DNA of 64,000 nt from the human T2T-CHM13v2.0 reference genome, Homo sapiens (GCF_009914755.1 NC_060947.1), one strand, 5' to 3'. Positions 16,607 through 39,059 are shown, counted from the first letter of the stretch. The notes: a model not told the origin generated them from the letters alone. Numbers and translations are program-made.

Positions 16607-17063
16607 CCCAACTTCTTCATTTATTTACTTATTTATGTATTTACTTATATCATTATAGGTTCATGGGTATATACTTAATCACTGGGTAATGATAGATTAC
16701 CATCAAAATTTATTTTGATACTCAAATTGGCCAGCATTTGGCTAGTTGAAGTGCCTTGAAACTTCCTGTACCTTTTTGTCATATATCCATCTTAGCTGGA
16801 ACACTTTCTTTACTTTCTAGTGCAACAAGATGTTCCTGCCTGTTTGTACTTTCCCTGTTCCAGCCCTTGAGTCAGACATTTCTCTAAAAAGCCTCAGTTT
16901 ATTTTAGTGTACAATGCTTTTTACAAGCAAGTCTGCACTCTGAATCACCTGTCTCTACTGACAATATGACTTTGAAACCCTCCAAACTTTCCTTAATTCT
17001 ATTTACCCAGTGTGTAAATGCACATAAAAATAGGATTTTTGTCTAGGTATGTTGCGAGGTTTA

Positions 17064-17426
<363 letters not shown>

Positions 17427-18098
17427 TCATGGCACAAAAGTAATTTTGGTAATTTGACCATTTGAACATGAGAATGAGTAATAATCATAATAATAACGGG
17501 TTGTGACCCAATTAATAAAATCAGAATCCATAAGACCAATTGAAAATAAGTGGGAGCTATTTTATCACCATTTTTGTTATTATCAAATACCCTTGACAGT
17601 GAATAAGTTTTACCTCTAGGAAAAATTTCAAGTTTACACTTATAGCCTTGTCAAGCAAAAGTAAGATCTGCAGAATCACAGAGCTTGAGAAAGTACCAAT
17701 ATGGGGGAATGATTCCAGAAGCAGGCAGGCCTTAGGCCTTGATGACTGGCAGGACTTCACTGTTTGAAACAAAAAAGATTAAGTGAAGAACAGCAACTAC
17801 TCCTACAACCCCTGCTACCAGAACCCCATATTTCCCCTATCATAGCCGCAAATCCACTGTTCCATAAATAGTTACTTGTCTGTGTACTTCATTAGACTGA
17901 GAGCTGATAGTTGTGACTTATTTGCCAACTTATCCCCAATGCCTGAAATGGTGTCTGTAGATAGGAGACATTCAATAAATGTTTGCTGAATGAATGAATG
18001 AAAGTATTAATAATTTCAAATATGTCGTGAGGATAATTAATGAGAGAAGGAAACTGAGACTCAGAGAAGTAGGGAAGCGTGCCCAAGGTCATACAACT

Positions 18099-18420
<322 letters not shown>

Positions 18421-19559
18421 TAGTAAGAGAGAGAGGGAGGCAGAATTCCATTCTGCCCTGACTCTAGTAGCTTTGGGTGTATTGGCCTCTCTAGATACTG
18501 AGCCTTCCCAGTAAGATTAACTTGTCTGATTTCCATGTTTACCAGAGTTCAAATGGGAGTCCCATATGTGCCAAACTATGTATGCAAGACTGGTTCAAGG
18601 GTTTGGTAATTAATTCAACAACTATTTATTGATTGCTCAATATAGGCCTTACAGGTTCTGGAGATACAGCAGTGAGTACAACAGATGGATAACCTCCTCT
18701 TATCAACATTCCATTCTGGTGCACAGAGACAGAAAATAAGGGGATACAGAAAACTTAAGATGGTAAAGAAAGTAAAGCTTGATTAACAAATAGAAAATTA
18801 CCCAGCATGTGTGTGTTTGAAGGAGGGAGTGGCTATGGAGGTGAGAGGAGGCTTGTTAAGTTCAGAGGACCTGGAGGAATTTTCTGTGTCTGGAATTAGA
18901 AAGGGATGCAGGCTGGGAGTTGAGGTGAGAAATTAGAAAGTCGAAACCTCAAGAAAATAAGCCACTTAATGTCTATGAGACTAAGTGTTCTCACCTGCAA
19001 AACAGGGATTCAAACATTTGAGGTACCGTGTAAAAAATGTAGTGTAAAGCTCAAATCTGAAAACATTAATGTTATTCAGCTGATTTATTGAACAATAATA
19101 GCAGCTGGTACTTTTGAATGCTTGCTGTTTGTTAGGCAGTATGCTAGTTGCTTTCCATGTTAATTTCATCCTCTGCAATGAAAAGTAGTTAGGGTTTTTA
19201 TATTTTATAAGGTTGGATAGCAACTGATTGCAGGTATTAGGATTAAAGCCCAGGCTCAGTCTGTCAAACTTGAAAAGCTTGTTCTTTTTCACAAGTTTGT
19301 GCTTCCAGAATCGCAAACAGGCAACTGATAGTGACCAAGATGAATTGAGTGGTACAACATTTAAAAGACAGTTATAAAACTTACTTAGCATAGCATTTAT
19401 ATAATTATTAATGAAAGGAAAAATAATGATTTATTATTTATATTTCAATCTTAGTATCTAAACTTATATTTTTATATTTTATTAAATTAATTTCTAAAAT
19501 TCTTACACTAGCACATAATACTAAGTGTTTGTATTTTTAGAAGTGACATAAGATTTTCT

Positions 19560-19820
19560 TTTTAAAGTTTTATTTTATTTTTAGTTGGCATTTAATAATT
19601 GTACACACTTATGGGGTGCAATGTGATGTCTTGATATATGTATACATTGTGTAATGATTAAATCAGGATAATTAGCAAATACATCATACCAAATATTGAT
19701 TATTTTTTGTATTGAGAACATTCAAAATACTCTCCTCTAGCTATTTTACAATATAGAATATATTATCGTTAACTATCGTCACCCTACTGGACACTAGAAC
19801 ATCAGAACCTCTTTCTCCTC
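19560..19820 (-). mobile_element. L1MA 3' end fragment
   Basis: T-rich tail followed by L1MA 3'UTR text (tgtatacattgtgtaatgattaaatcagg). Confidence 0.7.
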
Positions 19821-21341
19821 CAGATGGAAGATCAACAAGGAAATATAGAACTGAACAATGTTATAGACAAAATAGACCCAACACACATATAAGGAACATT
19901 CCACCCAACAGCAGCAAAAATAATCATTCTTCTCAAATGCACATGGAACATTCTCCAAGATATCTCATAGTAGAATCTCATATCAAGTCTTAACAAATTT
20001 AAGAAGGTTGAGATCAATCTAAGTATCTTTTCTGATCACAACTGAATGAAACTAGAAATCAGTAATAAAAAGAAAATGAGGAAGCTCACAAGTGCATGGA
20101 AATTAAATAACACGCTTTGAAACAATTATTATGTCAAAGAAGAAATTGAAGATGAAATTAGAAAATATATTGAGACAAAGGAAAACCAAAACACAACACA
20201 GTGAAACATAACATGCAGCCAAATCAGCACTAAGAAGGAAGTTTATAACAATAAATGGTTTATTAAAAGAAGAAAAAAAAGGAAAGAGCTCCAGTAAACT
20301 AACTTTCTCCCTCAAGGAACTAGATAAAGAAGAACAAGCAAGTCAAAGTTAGCAGAAGGAAGTAATAATGAAGGTTATAGCAGAAGTAAATGAAATAGAG
20401 AATAGAAAAACAATTTAATAAAATTTTAAAAACCGAAGAGTTTTTTGAAAAGATAAATAAAATGGACAAACCCTTAGCTAGACTAATAACAAAAAAGAAA
20501 ATATTCAAATAATACAATCAGAGATGAAAGAAGAGACATCCCATGGCTGGGGGTAGGGAGAGCTATAGGAACTATTATGAACATTTAAATGTTAATAAAT
20601 TGGATAACTCAGAAGAAATTGAAAAATTCCTAGAAACATAGGACCCACTGAGACTGCATCAATAAAAAATATAAAGCCCAGACATACCAAAAAACAAATA
20701 ATGACATTAAAAGAATAATCAAAAATGTCCCAACAAAGAAAAATACAGGACCAGGTGGCTTCATAGATAAATTCTGTGAAACATTAAAAAAATTAATACC
20801 AATCTTACTGAAAGTCTTCTAAACAACAGAATAGGGAATACTTACAAACTAATTCTATGAGGCCAGCATCACCCTGATACAAAAGCCAGAGTAAGACACC
20901 AGAAGAAAAGAAAACTACAGACTAATATCCCTGATGAATATAGATGCAAAAAGCCTCAAAATATTATTAGCAAGCCAAATACAAAAATGCATTTAAAGAC
21001 TCATACACCATGACCACATAGGAGTTATGCCTGTGATACAAGAATCGTTCCACATATGCGAATTAATCAGTGTGATAAACCACATGAATAGAATGAAGGA
21101 TGAAAATTACATGGTCATCTCAACAGATTCACAAAAAACATTTGACAAAATTAGACACCTCTTTATGCTAAATATTTTCAACAAATTAGGTTTAGAAAGA
21201 ACTTACCTCAATATAATAAAGGCCATAGAGGAAAATCCCACAATTAACATGATGCTCAATGATGAAAAGCTGAAAGATTTACTCCTAAGATGAGAAGCAA
21301 GACAAAGATGCCCACTCTTGGCTCTCCTATTTAACATAATA

Positions 21342-21405
21342 CAGTCATTCCTCAGTATTCATGGGGAATTGGTTTTGGGACCCTCACAGATACCAAAATC
21401 CGTGG
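21342..21405 (+). mobile_element. MER2 (Tigger-type DNA transposon) 5' fragment
   Basis: ta|cagtcattcctcagtattcatggggaattggttttgggaccc...gataccaaaatccgtgg resembles the MER2 start. Confidence 0.65.
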
Positions 21406-21452
21406 TTACATTTGTATAAACCAACAATGACCTATCTGTAAAGCTGATTTCA

Positions 21453-21817
<365 letters not shown>

Positions 21818-23138
21818 AAATAAATGTAGGTAAAGGAGGTAAAAGGGTTGTACACTGAAAACTACAAAACATTGACAAATAATTTTTAAAAAGCAGAAAT
21901 AAATGGAAACATCTCATGATCATGTATTGAGAAGAATTGATATTATTAAATGTCCATACTTCCCAAAATATCTGAAGATTCAATGCAATCTCTATCAAAA
22001 TCTCTATGGCATTTTTGTACAGAATAAACAATCCTAAAATTCAGAAGACCCTGAATAGCCAAACAATTTTGAACAAGTACAGAGCTGGAGTTATCACACT
22101 CCCTGATTCCATAATGTGTCACAAAGCTGCAGTAATCAAAACAGTATGGTACTGTTATAAAAGTAGTCATATAGAACAATGGAACAGAATAGAGAGCTCA
22201 AAAATAAATCTACTGGGTGCCAAGACTACACTATGTGGAAGGATGGTCTCTTTGATACATGGTGTTAAGAAAATTGCATAGGAATCGAAATCACAGGAAT
22301 CGAAATCTGGATCTCCAAGAGATGAGTGTATTCCCATGTTTGTTGCAACATTATTCACAGTAGCCAAGATATGGAAACAACCTCAGTGTCTGTTGATGAT
22401 GAAATACTATTCAGCCTTATAAAAGAAGGAAATCCTGCTGTTTGTGTACCTGGAGGACATTAGGCTAAGTGAAATAAGTCAGATCACAGAAAGACAAATA
22501 CTGCATGATCTCAGTTTTACTGTATGTGAAATCTAAAATTGTTAACCATATAGAAGCAGATAGTAGAATGGTAGTGGCCAGGGGCTGAGGGAAGGGAGAA
22601 ATGCAGGTGGGGTGTTGGTTAAGCGATACAAAGTTTCAGTTATGTGTAATAAATAACATCTGTAGGTCTAGTGTATAATACAGAACCTATGATTTTATAC
22701 TCAAGTTTGCTGAGAGGGTAAATCTTCATTAAGTGCTCTCACCACAAAAAGGAAAATAAAAAAACAAAGAGGGCAGGAGGAAACTTTCAGAGGTGAAAGA
22801 TAAGATTATGGCATTGAGAGTGATGATGTTGTGATCATTTCATGGGTGTATACTCGTCTCTTAACACATGATGTTGTGTACATTAAATATGTACAGCTTT
22901 TTGTAAAAAAAAAAAAGCCATATAAACGTTGCGATAAAAGTAGCATCCATTGCTTTTCCTGTCTGCAGTCTATAATATATTAATTTATTAAAACATCAAA
23001 CACTCGATTATGCACACCGTATTTCCAGAAGTAATCTGTACCCTGAACATACCATGATCAATGAAACATGGCCTTTCATCATCAGGGATTTCATGATCTC
23101 CTCTTGGAGGCATAACACATCAATGAAAAGGGACTTTA

Positions 23139-23474
<336 letters not shown>

Positions 23475-24427
23475 CTAGAAGTTCCTGAAAACAGCAATGA
23501 TCAACTACAAAAACATTCTCCAAGTAAAGATAATCTGAGGACAGCAGTAGCCTGTATTCATTAATTTATCATGAATTTTTCCAACTAATAAATAGCTCAT
23601 AAAATAATAGCTATGTTTTATTGGGCAATGATCAGAATAGGAATCATCCACATTCATACAATAAGTATTTATTGAGCACCTGCTAGACACCAGGTTCTAG
23701 GCTGTATGCCAAATTTTAAAGTCACATGTGACACAGGCTCTATCACATATATCAATGACTTCTCAGATTAATGAAAATACACAGATGAACAGATAATTAC
23801 TGGGTTATCAGGAGAACCATAACAGAAGTAAACACAGTGAACACTAAGAACAGAGAAGGGAATGCTAACTCAAATGGTCTAAAGTGCTTCTCATCACTTA
23901 TGAGATGGTTGCTATTATTGTCCCCATTTTTTATATGAAAAAACCTAGGAACAGAGAGAATGGTGCAGGAATATAGCAGGCACTCATAATTTGTGGAATG
24001 CATGAAAGTTTACTTCACCAACACCAAATATCTCAAAAATAGATATTGTAGTAAAGCCAATTAATTTTTAATTTCAAAATTAATAGAGGATTTTTAGAAG
24101 GGTTTTAGGCTTACAGAAAAATGAGTGGAAAGTACAGTGAATTTCCAAATACCCCCCCACACTCTCCTCCTCCATTATTAACACTTGCATTAGTGTGGTA
24201 CACTTATCACAATTGATAAGCCAATATTGACACATCATTATTAACTAAATTTCACAGATTATATTACGGTTTGCTCTTTGTATTCTACACTTCTATGGAT
24301 TTTGACAAATATATTACAGGTATTCATTATTACAGTATCATACAGCATAGTTTCACTGCCCTAAAATCCCCTATACTCCACCTATTCACCCCTCCCTCTT
24401 TCCCTACAAACTTCAGACAACTACTGA

Positions 24428-24809
<382 letters not shown>

Positions 24810-25072
24810 CAGAATGGCTTCTTTTATTTATTTATTTATTTATTTATTTATTCATTTATTTTTTATTATTATACTTTAAGTTTTAGGGTACATGTGCAGA
24901 ATGTGCAGGTTAGTTACATATGTATACATGTGCCATGCTGGTGCGCTGCACCCACTAACTCGTCATCTAGCATTAGGTATATCTCCCAATGCTATCCCTC
25001 TCCCCTCCCCCCACCCCACAACAGTCCCCAGAATGTGATGTTCCCCTTCCTGTGTCCATGTGTTCTCATTGT

Positions 25073-28893
<3,821 letters not shown>

Positions 28894-28956
28894 TATCATA
28901 TTAGCTGGTTATTTTGCTCGTTAGTTGATGCAGTTTCTTCCTAGTCTTGATAGTCT

Positions 28957-29975
28957 TTACATTTTGGCATGATTTTGCAGTGGCTGATACCGGTTGTTCC
29001 TTTCCAGGTTTAGCGCTTCCTTCAGGAGCTCTTTTAGGGCAGGCCTGGTGGTGACAAATTCTCTCAGCATTTGCTTGTCTGTAAAGGATTTTATTTCTCC
29101 TTCACTTATGAAGCTCAGTTTGGCTGGATATGAAATTCTGGGTTGAAAATTCTTTTCTTTAAGAATGTTGAAAATTGGCCCCCACTCTCTTCTGGCTTGT
29201 AGAGTTTCTGCCAAGAGATCCGCTCTTAGTCTGATGGGCTTCCCTTTGAGGGTATCCCGACCTTTCTCTCTGGCTGCCCTTAACATTTTTTCCTTCATTT
29301 CAACTTTGGTGAATCTGACAATTATGTGTCTTGGAGTTGCTCTTCTCGAGGAGTATCTTTGTGGCGTTCTCTGTATTTCCTCAATCTGAATGTTGGCCTG
29401 CCTTGCTAGATTGGGGAAGTTCTCCTGGATAATATCCTGCAGAGTGTTTTCCAACTTGGTTCCATTCTCCCCATCACTTTCAGGTACACCAGTCAGACAT
29501 AGATTTGGTCTTTTCACATAGTCCCATATTTCTTGGAGGCTTTGTTCGTTTCTTTTTATTCTTTTTTCTCTAAACTTCCCTTCTCGCTTCATTTCATTCA
29601 TTTCATCTTCCATCACTGATACCCTTTCTTCCAGTGATCGCATCAGCTCCTGAGTCTTCTGCATTCTTCACGTAGTTCTCGAGCCTTGGTTTTCAGCTCC
29701 AGCATCTCCTTTAGGCACTTCTCTGTGTTGGTTATTCTAGTTATACATTCTTTTAAATTTTTTCAACGTTTTCAACTTCGTTGCCTTTGGTTTGAATGTC
29801 CTCCCGTACGTAGCTTGGAGTAATTTGATCATCTGAAGCCTTCTTCTCTCAGCTCGTCAAAGTCATTCTCTGTCCAGCTTTGTTCTGTTGCTGGTGAGGA
29901 ACTGCGTTCCTTTGGAGGAGGAGAGGCGCTCTGCTTTTTAGAGTTTCCAGTTTTTCTGCTCTGTTTTTTCCCCAT
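28957..29975 (-). pseudogene. L1 #2 ORF1, frameshifted
   Basis: ATG at 29975; 4-bp insertion (cccgtacgtagc ~29803-29814) and a 1-bp deletion near 29635; C-terminal 235-codon frame open. Confidence 0.9.
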
Positions 29976-31027
29976 CTTTGTGGTTTTATCTACTTTTTGT
30001 CTTTGATGATGGTGATGTACAGGTGGGTTTTTGATGTGGATGTCTGTTTGTTAGCTTTCCTTCTAACAGACAGGGCCCTCATCTGCAGGTCTGTTGGAGT
30101 ACCCGGCCATGTGAGGTATCAGTCTGCCCCTGCTGGGGGTTGCCTCCCAGTTAGGCTGCTGAGGGGTCAGGGGTCAGGGACCCACTTGAGGAGGCAGTCT
30201 GCCCGTTCTCAGATCTCCAGCTGTGTGCTGGGAGAACCACTGCTCTCTTCAAAGCTGTCAGACAGGGACATTTAAGTCTGCGGAGGTTACTGCTGTCTTT
30301 TTGTTTGTCTGTGCCCTGCCCCCAGAGGTGGAGCCTACAGAGGCAGGCAGGCCTCCTTGAGCTGTGGTGGGCTCCACCCAGTTCGAGCTTCCCCACTGCT
30401 TTGTTTACCTAAGCAAGCCTGGGCAATGGCGGCCACCCCTCCCCCAGCCGCGCTGCCGCCTTGCAGTTTGATCTCAGACTGCTGTGCTAGCAATCAGTGA
30501 GACTCCGTGCACATAGGACCCTCTGAGCCATGTGCGGGATATAATCTCCTGGTGCGCTGTTTTTTAAACCCGTCGGAAAAGCACAGTATTGGGGTGGGAG
30601 TGACCCGATTTTCCAGGTGCCATCTGTCACCACTTTCTTTGATTAGGAAAGGGAACTCCCTGACCCCTTGTGCTTCCCGAGTGAGGCAATGTCTCACCCT
30701 TCTTTGGCTCGTGCACGGTGTGCGCACCCACTGACCTGCGCCTACTGTCTGGCACTCCCTAGTGAGATGAACCCGGTACCTCAGATGTAAATGCAGAAAT
30801 CACCCGTCTTCTGCGTCGCTCACACTGGGAGCTGTAGACCGGAGCTGTTCCTATTCGGCCATCTTAGCTCCTCCCCAGAATGGCTTCTTTAACTTCGCAA
30901 TATATATTTAAGTTTCCTCAATGTTTTTGTGGCCAGATAGCTCATTTCTTATCCTTGAATAAAATGTCATTGCATAGAGGTACCACAGTTTGTTTCTTCA
31001 TTGACTTATTGAAGTATATTTTGGCTG

Positions 31028-31758
31028 TACTATGGTTTGAATATTTGTCACTTCCCAAACTTAAATGTTGAAATTTAATCCTCCGTTTGGCAGTACTAGT
31101 ACTAGTGGGGAGGCTTTAAGAAGTGATTGGGGCCAGGCGTGGTGGCTCACACCTATATTCCCAGCACTTTGTGAGGCCAAAATGGGCAGATCATGACGTC
31201 AGGAGCTCAAGACCAGTATGGTCAACATAGTGAAACCCCGTCTCTACTAAAAATACAAAGAATTAGCCGAGTGTGGTGGTATGCACTTGTAGTCTCAGCT
31301 ACGTGGGGGGCTGAGGCAGGAGAATTGCATGAACCTAGGAGACAAAGGTTGCAATGAGCCAAAATTGTGCCATTGCACTCCAGCCCAGGCGACAGTGCAG
31401 GACTCTGCCTAAAAAAAAAAAAAAAAAAAAAGTGATTGGGTCATGAAGACTTTGCCATCATGAATGACTTAATTCATTCATGGCTTAATGCATTGATGGG
31501 TTATCATGGGATTGGGACCGGTGGCTTTATAAGAAGAGGAAGAGAGATCATAGTTAGCCTGCTCAGCTTTCTCACCATATGATACTCTGCCTTGCCTCAG
31601 GACTCTGCAGAGTACCCACCAGTAAGAAGGCCCTCACCAGATGTGACCCCTTGACCTTGGACTTCTCAGCCTCCATAACTGTAAGAAATAAATTAGTTTT
31701 CACATAAATTACCCAGGTCCAGGTATTATGTATAAACAGCAGAAAATAGACTAAGACA
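31028..31758 (+). mobile_element. MST/MLT1A-type MaLR solo LTR, interrupted by an Alu
   Basis: tactatggtttgaat...aaataaatt...gactaagaca; 5-bp TSD ggctg/ggcca. Confidence 0.85.
31131..31431 (+). mobile_element. Alu SINE (AluS-type)
   Basis: TSD aagtgattgg on both sides; poly(A) 31411-31431. Confidence 0.95.
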
Positions 31759-33977
31759 GGCCACTTCCAAGTTTTGGCAATTATGAATAAAACTGGTACA
31801 AATATTTGTGTACAAGTTTTTGTGTAAATATAATTTTCATCTCATTTGGGGGTTCAATTGCTGATCATATGGTATGAATATGTGTAATTTTCTAAGAAAT
31901 TGCCAAATTGAATTCTAAAGTAGCTGTACCATTTTTCCTTCCCACCAGCAATGAATGAGAGTTTCCATCACTCCACATCAAGCATTTGACAGTGTTTTGA
32001 ATTTTAGTCATTCTGATAAGTTTATGAAAGCTTTTTATCATCGTTTCAGTTTGCAATTCCCTAAAGACGTATGTCATTGAGCATCTTTTTATATGCTTAT
32101 GTGCTATCTGTACATTTTGTTTGGTGAGGTATCTGTTCCTATATTTTGCCCGTTTTTAAGTTGGTTGTTTAGTTTTTTATTGTTGAGTTTTAGGAGCTGT
32201 TTGTATATTTTGGATACTAGTCCTTTATTGGTTATGTGTTTTGCAAAGATTTTCTCCCAGCCTGGTCATTAAGAGTGTGTTTTGTAGTGCAGCTTTTATT
32301 TTCAATAAAGCCTGAAATCAATTTTTTCTTTCAGAGATTGTAATTTTGGTATTATATCCAAAATATAATAGTCAAACCGAAGATCACCAAGATTTTCTCC
32401 CCTGCCAGCTTCTAGAAGTTTTATAATTTTGTGTTTTACATATTAACAATTACATGGGTAATTGATAAAAGATGTAAGATCTTTTGATAAAAGATCTTTT
32501 GATAAAAGATATAAGATCTATATCTAGATTCTTTTTTTGTGCATGTAGAACTGCATGCAAGCAGTTCATTTGTTGAGAAGTCTGTCCTTTCTCCATTGAA
32601 TTGCCTTTCTTCTTTTGTAAAAGATGGGTTATCTGTATTTGTATGAGTCTATTTCTGGGCTCTCTATTCTATTCTCTTGATCTATTTACTTATTCTTTTG
32701 CCAATACTAAACTATCTTGGCTCCTGTAGCTTTATAGTGAGTTTTGAGGTTGGGTAATGTGAGTCCTCCAATTTTGTTCTTCTTCAATACTTTCATAGCT
32801 ATTCTGATTTTTTGTCTTTCTATGTAAACTTTAGAATCAGTTTGTTAATATTGACAAAGTAACTAACTGCGATTTTGATTGGAAATGCATTGAATCTATA
32901 GATCAAGTTGGGAAGAACTTGATTGCTCGACAATATTGTGTCTTCCTATTTATTTACATGGAATATTTCCCCATCTGTTTAGTTCTTCTTTGAATTATTT
33001 CACCAGTGTTTTAAGCAGTTTGACTTATGTATATTATACTTGTATCCCATGACCTCGTTATAATTGCTTATTAGTTCCAAGACTTATTTTATTGCTTCTT
33101 TCGAATTTTCAACATACACAATTATGTCATCTGCAAGCAGACAGTTTGATTTCTTACTTCCCAGTTTGTATAACTTTTATTTCCTTTTCTTGTCTTATTG
33201 CATTGGCAAAATTTTCCAATCAAAATTCAAAAAAGAGTAGTGATAGTGAACATCCTTCTTTTTTTTCTTGATCTTAGGGGGAAAACATCTAGTTTCTTGT
33301 GATTAACTATAATGCTAACTGTAGATTTTTTGTGTGTAGATATTCTTTTCCACAGTGAGGAAGTTCACCTTTATGCTTAGTTTGCTGTGTGTTTCTATTG
33401 CTAGTTGGTCTTAGATTTTGTCAAATGCTTATTCTCCGTCTACTTATATGATCACATCCCTTTTTTCTTTAGCCTCTCAATGTGATGAATCACATCAATT
33501 GATTTGCAAATGTTGTCCCAGCCTTGCATACCTGGAATAAATCCCACTTGGTTATAGGTGTATAATTATTTCTAAATATTATTGGAGTCAATTCACTAAT
33601 ATTTTATTGAGGATTTTTGCATCTATGTTCAGAGTGGATATTGGCCTGTATTTCCATTTCTTGTAACATCCTTCATTTTAGTATTAGGGTAATGTTGGAC
33701 TCTAGAATGAGTGAGGAAGTATTCACTTTGCTTCTATTTTATAAAGAAGATTATAGAAAATTGGCATAATTTTTTCCCTTTAATGTTAGGTTAAATTCAC
33801 CAGTGAACCCATCTGGGCTTGCTGAACTTTGATTTGGGAAGATTATTTGAAACTTCATTCCAGATGATTATTAATTATTGATTTCATTGCTTTAATAGGT
33901 GTAGGACTATTTATGTTTTCTATTTCTTCTTAAGTGGGTTTTGGTAGATTGTGCCTTTAGAAAAATTGGTGCATTTG

Positions 33978-35666
<1,689 letters not shown>

Positions 35667-36854
35667 AGAAAAATTGGTCTCTTTGATCTACATTATCAAA
35701 TTTGTGGACTAGACTTGTTCATAATATTCCTAATTTTCCCTTTGGTGTTACTGAGATCAGTAATAAGGCCCCTATTTCATTTCTGGCATTAGTAATTTGT
35801 GTCTTCTCTTTTATTCTTGTTATCCTTACTAGGGGTTTATCAATTTCATTAACCTTTCAACAAAAAAACAGGTTTTGGTTTTGTTGATTATTTCTATTGA
35901 TTTACTGTTTTCAGTTATATTGATTTCTACTCTTAAGTTTTTATTATTTTTCTTTTTAGTTTAGATTTAATTTGCTCTTATTTTTCTAATTTCTTACGGT
36001 AGAAACTTAGATCATTGATTTTAGATCTCTCTTATTTTCTAATATATGTATTCAATGCTGTGAATTTTCCCATAAGCACTGCTTTCACTGCATTATACAA
36101 ATTTTGTTGGGCTTTCATTTTATTTAGTTCAAAATATTTTAAAATTTATCTTGATATGTCTTCCTTGACCCGTGTATTATTTAGAAGTGTGTTGTTTAAC
36201 CTTCAGGTATTTGGGGATTTTCCAGATATCTTTCTGTTATTGATTTTTATTTTGATACCATTGTGGTCTTTGCGTGATTTCTTTTCATTTAAATATGCTA
36301 AGTTGTGATTTATGGCAAATAAGTTGATCTGACTTGGTGAATATTCCATGTGTGCTTGAGAAGAATGTGTAAATTGCCATTTTTTGATGTTTTCTATAAA
36401 TGTCTGTCAGATCCAGTTGATTGTTCTGTTCAGTTCAACTATGTCCTTACCAATTTTTTTGCCTGCTGAAATTGTCAATTACATTCTCTCCAAATCTAAA
36501 AGTCTCCAACTACAATAGTGGACTCATCTATTTCTCCTTGTACTTCTATCGGTTTTTGTCTCACATATTTTGATGCTCTGTTGTTAGGTATATACACATT
36601 AAGAATTGTTGTCTTCTGGAGAATTGACCCCTTTATCAATATGGAATGCATTTTCTTTATCTTTGATAATTTTCCTTGCTCTGAATTCTGTTTTGTTTGC
36701 AATTTATGTAGTAAGCTTGGCTTTTTATTAATTAGTGTTAGCATAGTACATTGTTATCCATCATTTTGCTTTTATTCTATTCATGTCTTTATATTTAAAG
36801 TGGATTTCTTATAGATAACATATTGTTGTGTCCTAATTTTGATCCACTCTCTCT

Positions 36855-37163
<309 letters not shown>

Positions 37164-37251
37164 TGATGAGTTTAGACCACTGACATTTAAAGTGGTTATC
37201 GATATAGTTGGATTAATATCTATATTGGGTTAATATTTGCTACTGTTTTCT

Positions 37252-37399
37252 TTTTGTTGTTGTTGTTGTTGTATTTTTTGTAGAGATGGAGTTTTGTAGA
37301 GATTGGCCAGGCTGGTCTCAAACTCCTGGCCTCAAGTGATCTGCCTGCCTCAGCCTCCCAAAGTGCTGGAATTACAGGTGTGAGCCACCATGCCCAGCC
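37252..37399 (-). mobile_element. FLAM / Alu left monomer
   Basis: Single monomer with (TTG)n tail; TSD tatttg(c/t)tactgttttct at 37234-37251 and 37402-37419. Confidence 0.85.
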
Positions 37400-38695
37400 A
37401 TTATTTGTTACTGTTTTCTATTCAAGCCAATTTTCAAAACTACATCTTTATCCTTTCTTTACACAAATACTCTCTTTTAATAATAATGTCATTCTCTTTA
37501 ATACAGCGGTACTGGCTACATTTCCTGGGCTTTGCTTGCCCATATATTTAAAGCTTAAATCGGCTAAGGAGAGTATATAATTGATCAGGAGACAACTTGT
37601 AGAGAAAAACTGCTTGAAGGTCTCTGTTTTTGCCTGACACCTAACTTAATCCTCACAGGACAATTATGAGGTATCCTCTGACAAGAGAGAGTTGACATCA
37701 TTTTCCTAATTCCACAACAGAAGAAGCAGAAACACTTGCTGAGGCATCTCAGGTCATGCACTGAAAGTCATATTGCCAGCAAGGGGTGCGGTGGGATTTG
37801 AATCCAGGTAGTCTGATCCTGTGCCCATGCTCTTTAACTTAGTCACACTAAGCAGATGGTGCCCTCATAGTTTTGAAGGGGGTGAGCCAGGTAAGCCAAT
37901 ATCCTCTGTGATCTGCTACTGGGGCCAGGGAAGAAGTATGTTCCTTGAATGCTCCATGCTCTCTCAGGCCCACAGGACCTCATGCATACATGCTGTTCCT
38001 CTGCCTGGACAATTCATCACCCACCTTCCACTCAGCTTCCAGTCAGCTGCCAACCACCTTCTACTCAGCTAACTGCCACTCAGCCTTCACACCTGAAATT
38101 ACTGGCCACTCACTTGGGGAGAATGTCCCCCCTAAACAAGGTTATAGTTTCCTGCCACATGCCATTAGAGCCCACTGAATTCTATCACACTGCACATTCA
38201 TCAGGGTTGAAGATTCTTTACTTGTTGTATGCCTCCCCCAGAAGATGATGAAACCCCTGAAATCAGGGTCCTTGTCTGCCCTTCCCAACCCTGAGGCCCC
38301 AAATCCCCACTGCACAGAAGTGTGAGGTCCAGAGATCTTAAAGGAATCGTGTTTTTGCTGGGAACAAATGGTTAGTGGTGACAGGAAGTGGGGGTGCTAA
38401 CATATACAATTATTCAACACCTCTTTCCTGTTCATCCTGGAAAAGTTAGGGGTGGATGAAAAGTTACAGCTAAAGGATTGACATTTTTGTGGAATCAAAA
38501 CCAATGGATTTCTAGGAGAGAGACTGGTTAGGTTATTGGATTATAATACATACCTGTGGGATTATATATTTGAACAAACTAATACATTAAGATAAAATGC
38601 TCAAAGGCAGATACCTAAATAGAGATGTTCACTTTACACAGTAATTAATACTAGAACAGCCATTGAGGTTTTAAAAAGTGAACATTGTAGTATAC

Positions 38696-39059
38696 TATAT
38701 TAGTCTGCTCTCACACTGCTAATAAAGATGTACCTGAGACTGGGTAATTTATAAAGGAAAGAGGTTTAATGGACTTGCAGCTCCATTTGGCTGGGGAGGC
38801 CTCACAATTATGGCAGAAGGCAAAGGAGAAACAAAGGAATGTCTTACATGGCAGCAGGCAGGAGAGCATGTGTAGGGAAACTCCCCTTTATAAAACCATC
38901 GGATCTCGTGAGATTTATTCACTATCACAAGAACAGCACAGGAAAATCCTGTCCCCATGATTCACTTACCTCCCACTTGGTCCATCCCACAATGTGTGGG
39001 AATTCTGGGAGCTACAAGTCAAGATGAGATTTGGGTGGGGATGCAGCCAAACCATATCA
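38696..39059 (-). mobile_element. THE1 (MaLR) solo LTR
   Basis: tatattagtctgctctcacactgct...gagatttgggtggggatgcagccaaaccatatca; perfect 5-bp TSD tatac (38691-38695, 39060-39064). Confidence 0.92.

Larger units (their letters stand above)
14140..16940 (-). mobile_element. Old L1M 3'UTR (L1MC-like) with nested L1MA (~15100-16010), AluJ and MLT2
   Basis: L1M 3'UTR text (ataatttcaaact...aaagttgcaaga; gaataaggacattgtcttacataa); L1MA end tgtatacattgtggaatggctaaa. Confidence 0.6.

Noticed and set aside
18981-19391. 136-aa minus-strand ORF in non-repeat DNA
   Set aside because: No recognisable domain, AT-rich composition and no supporting splice structure; likely a chance ORF.
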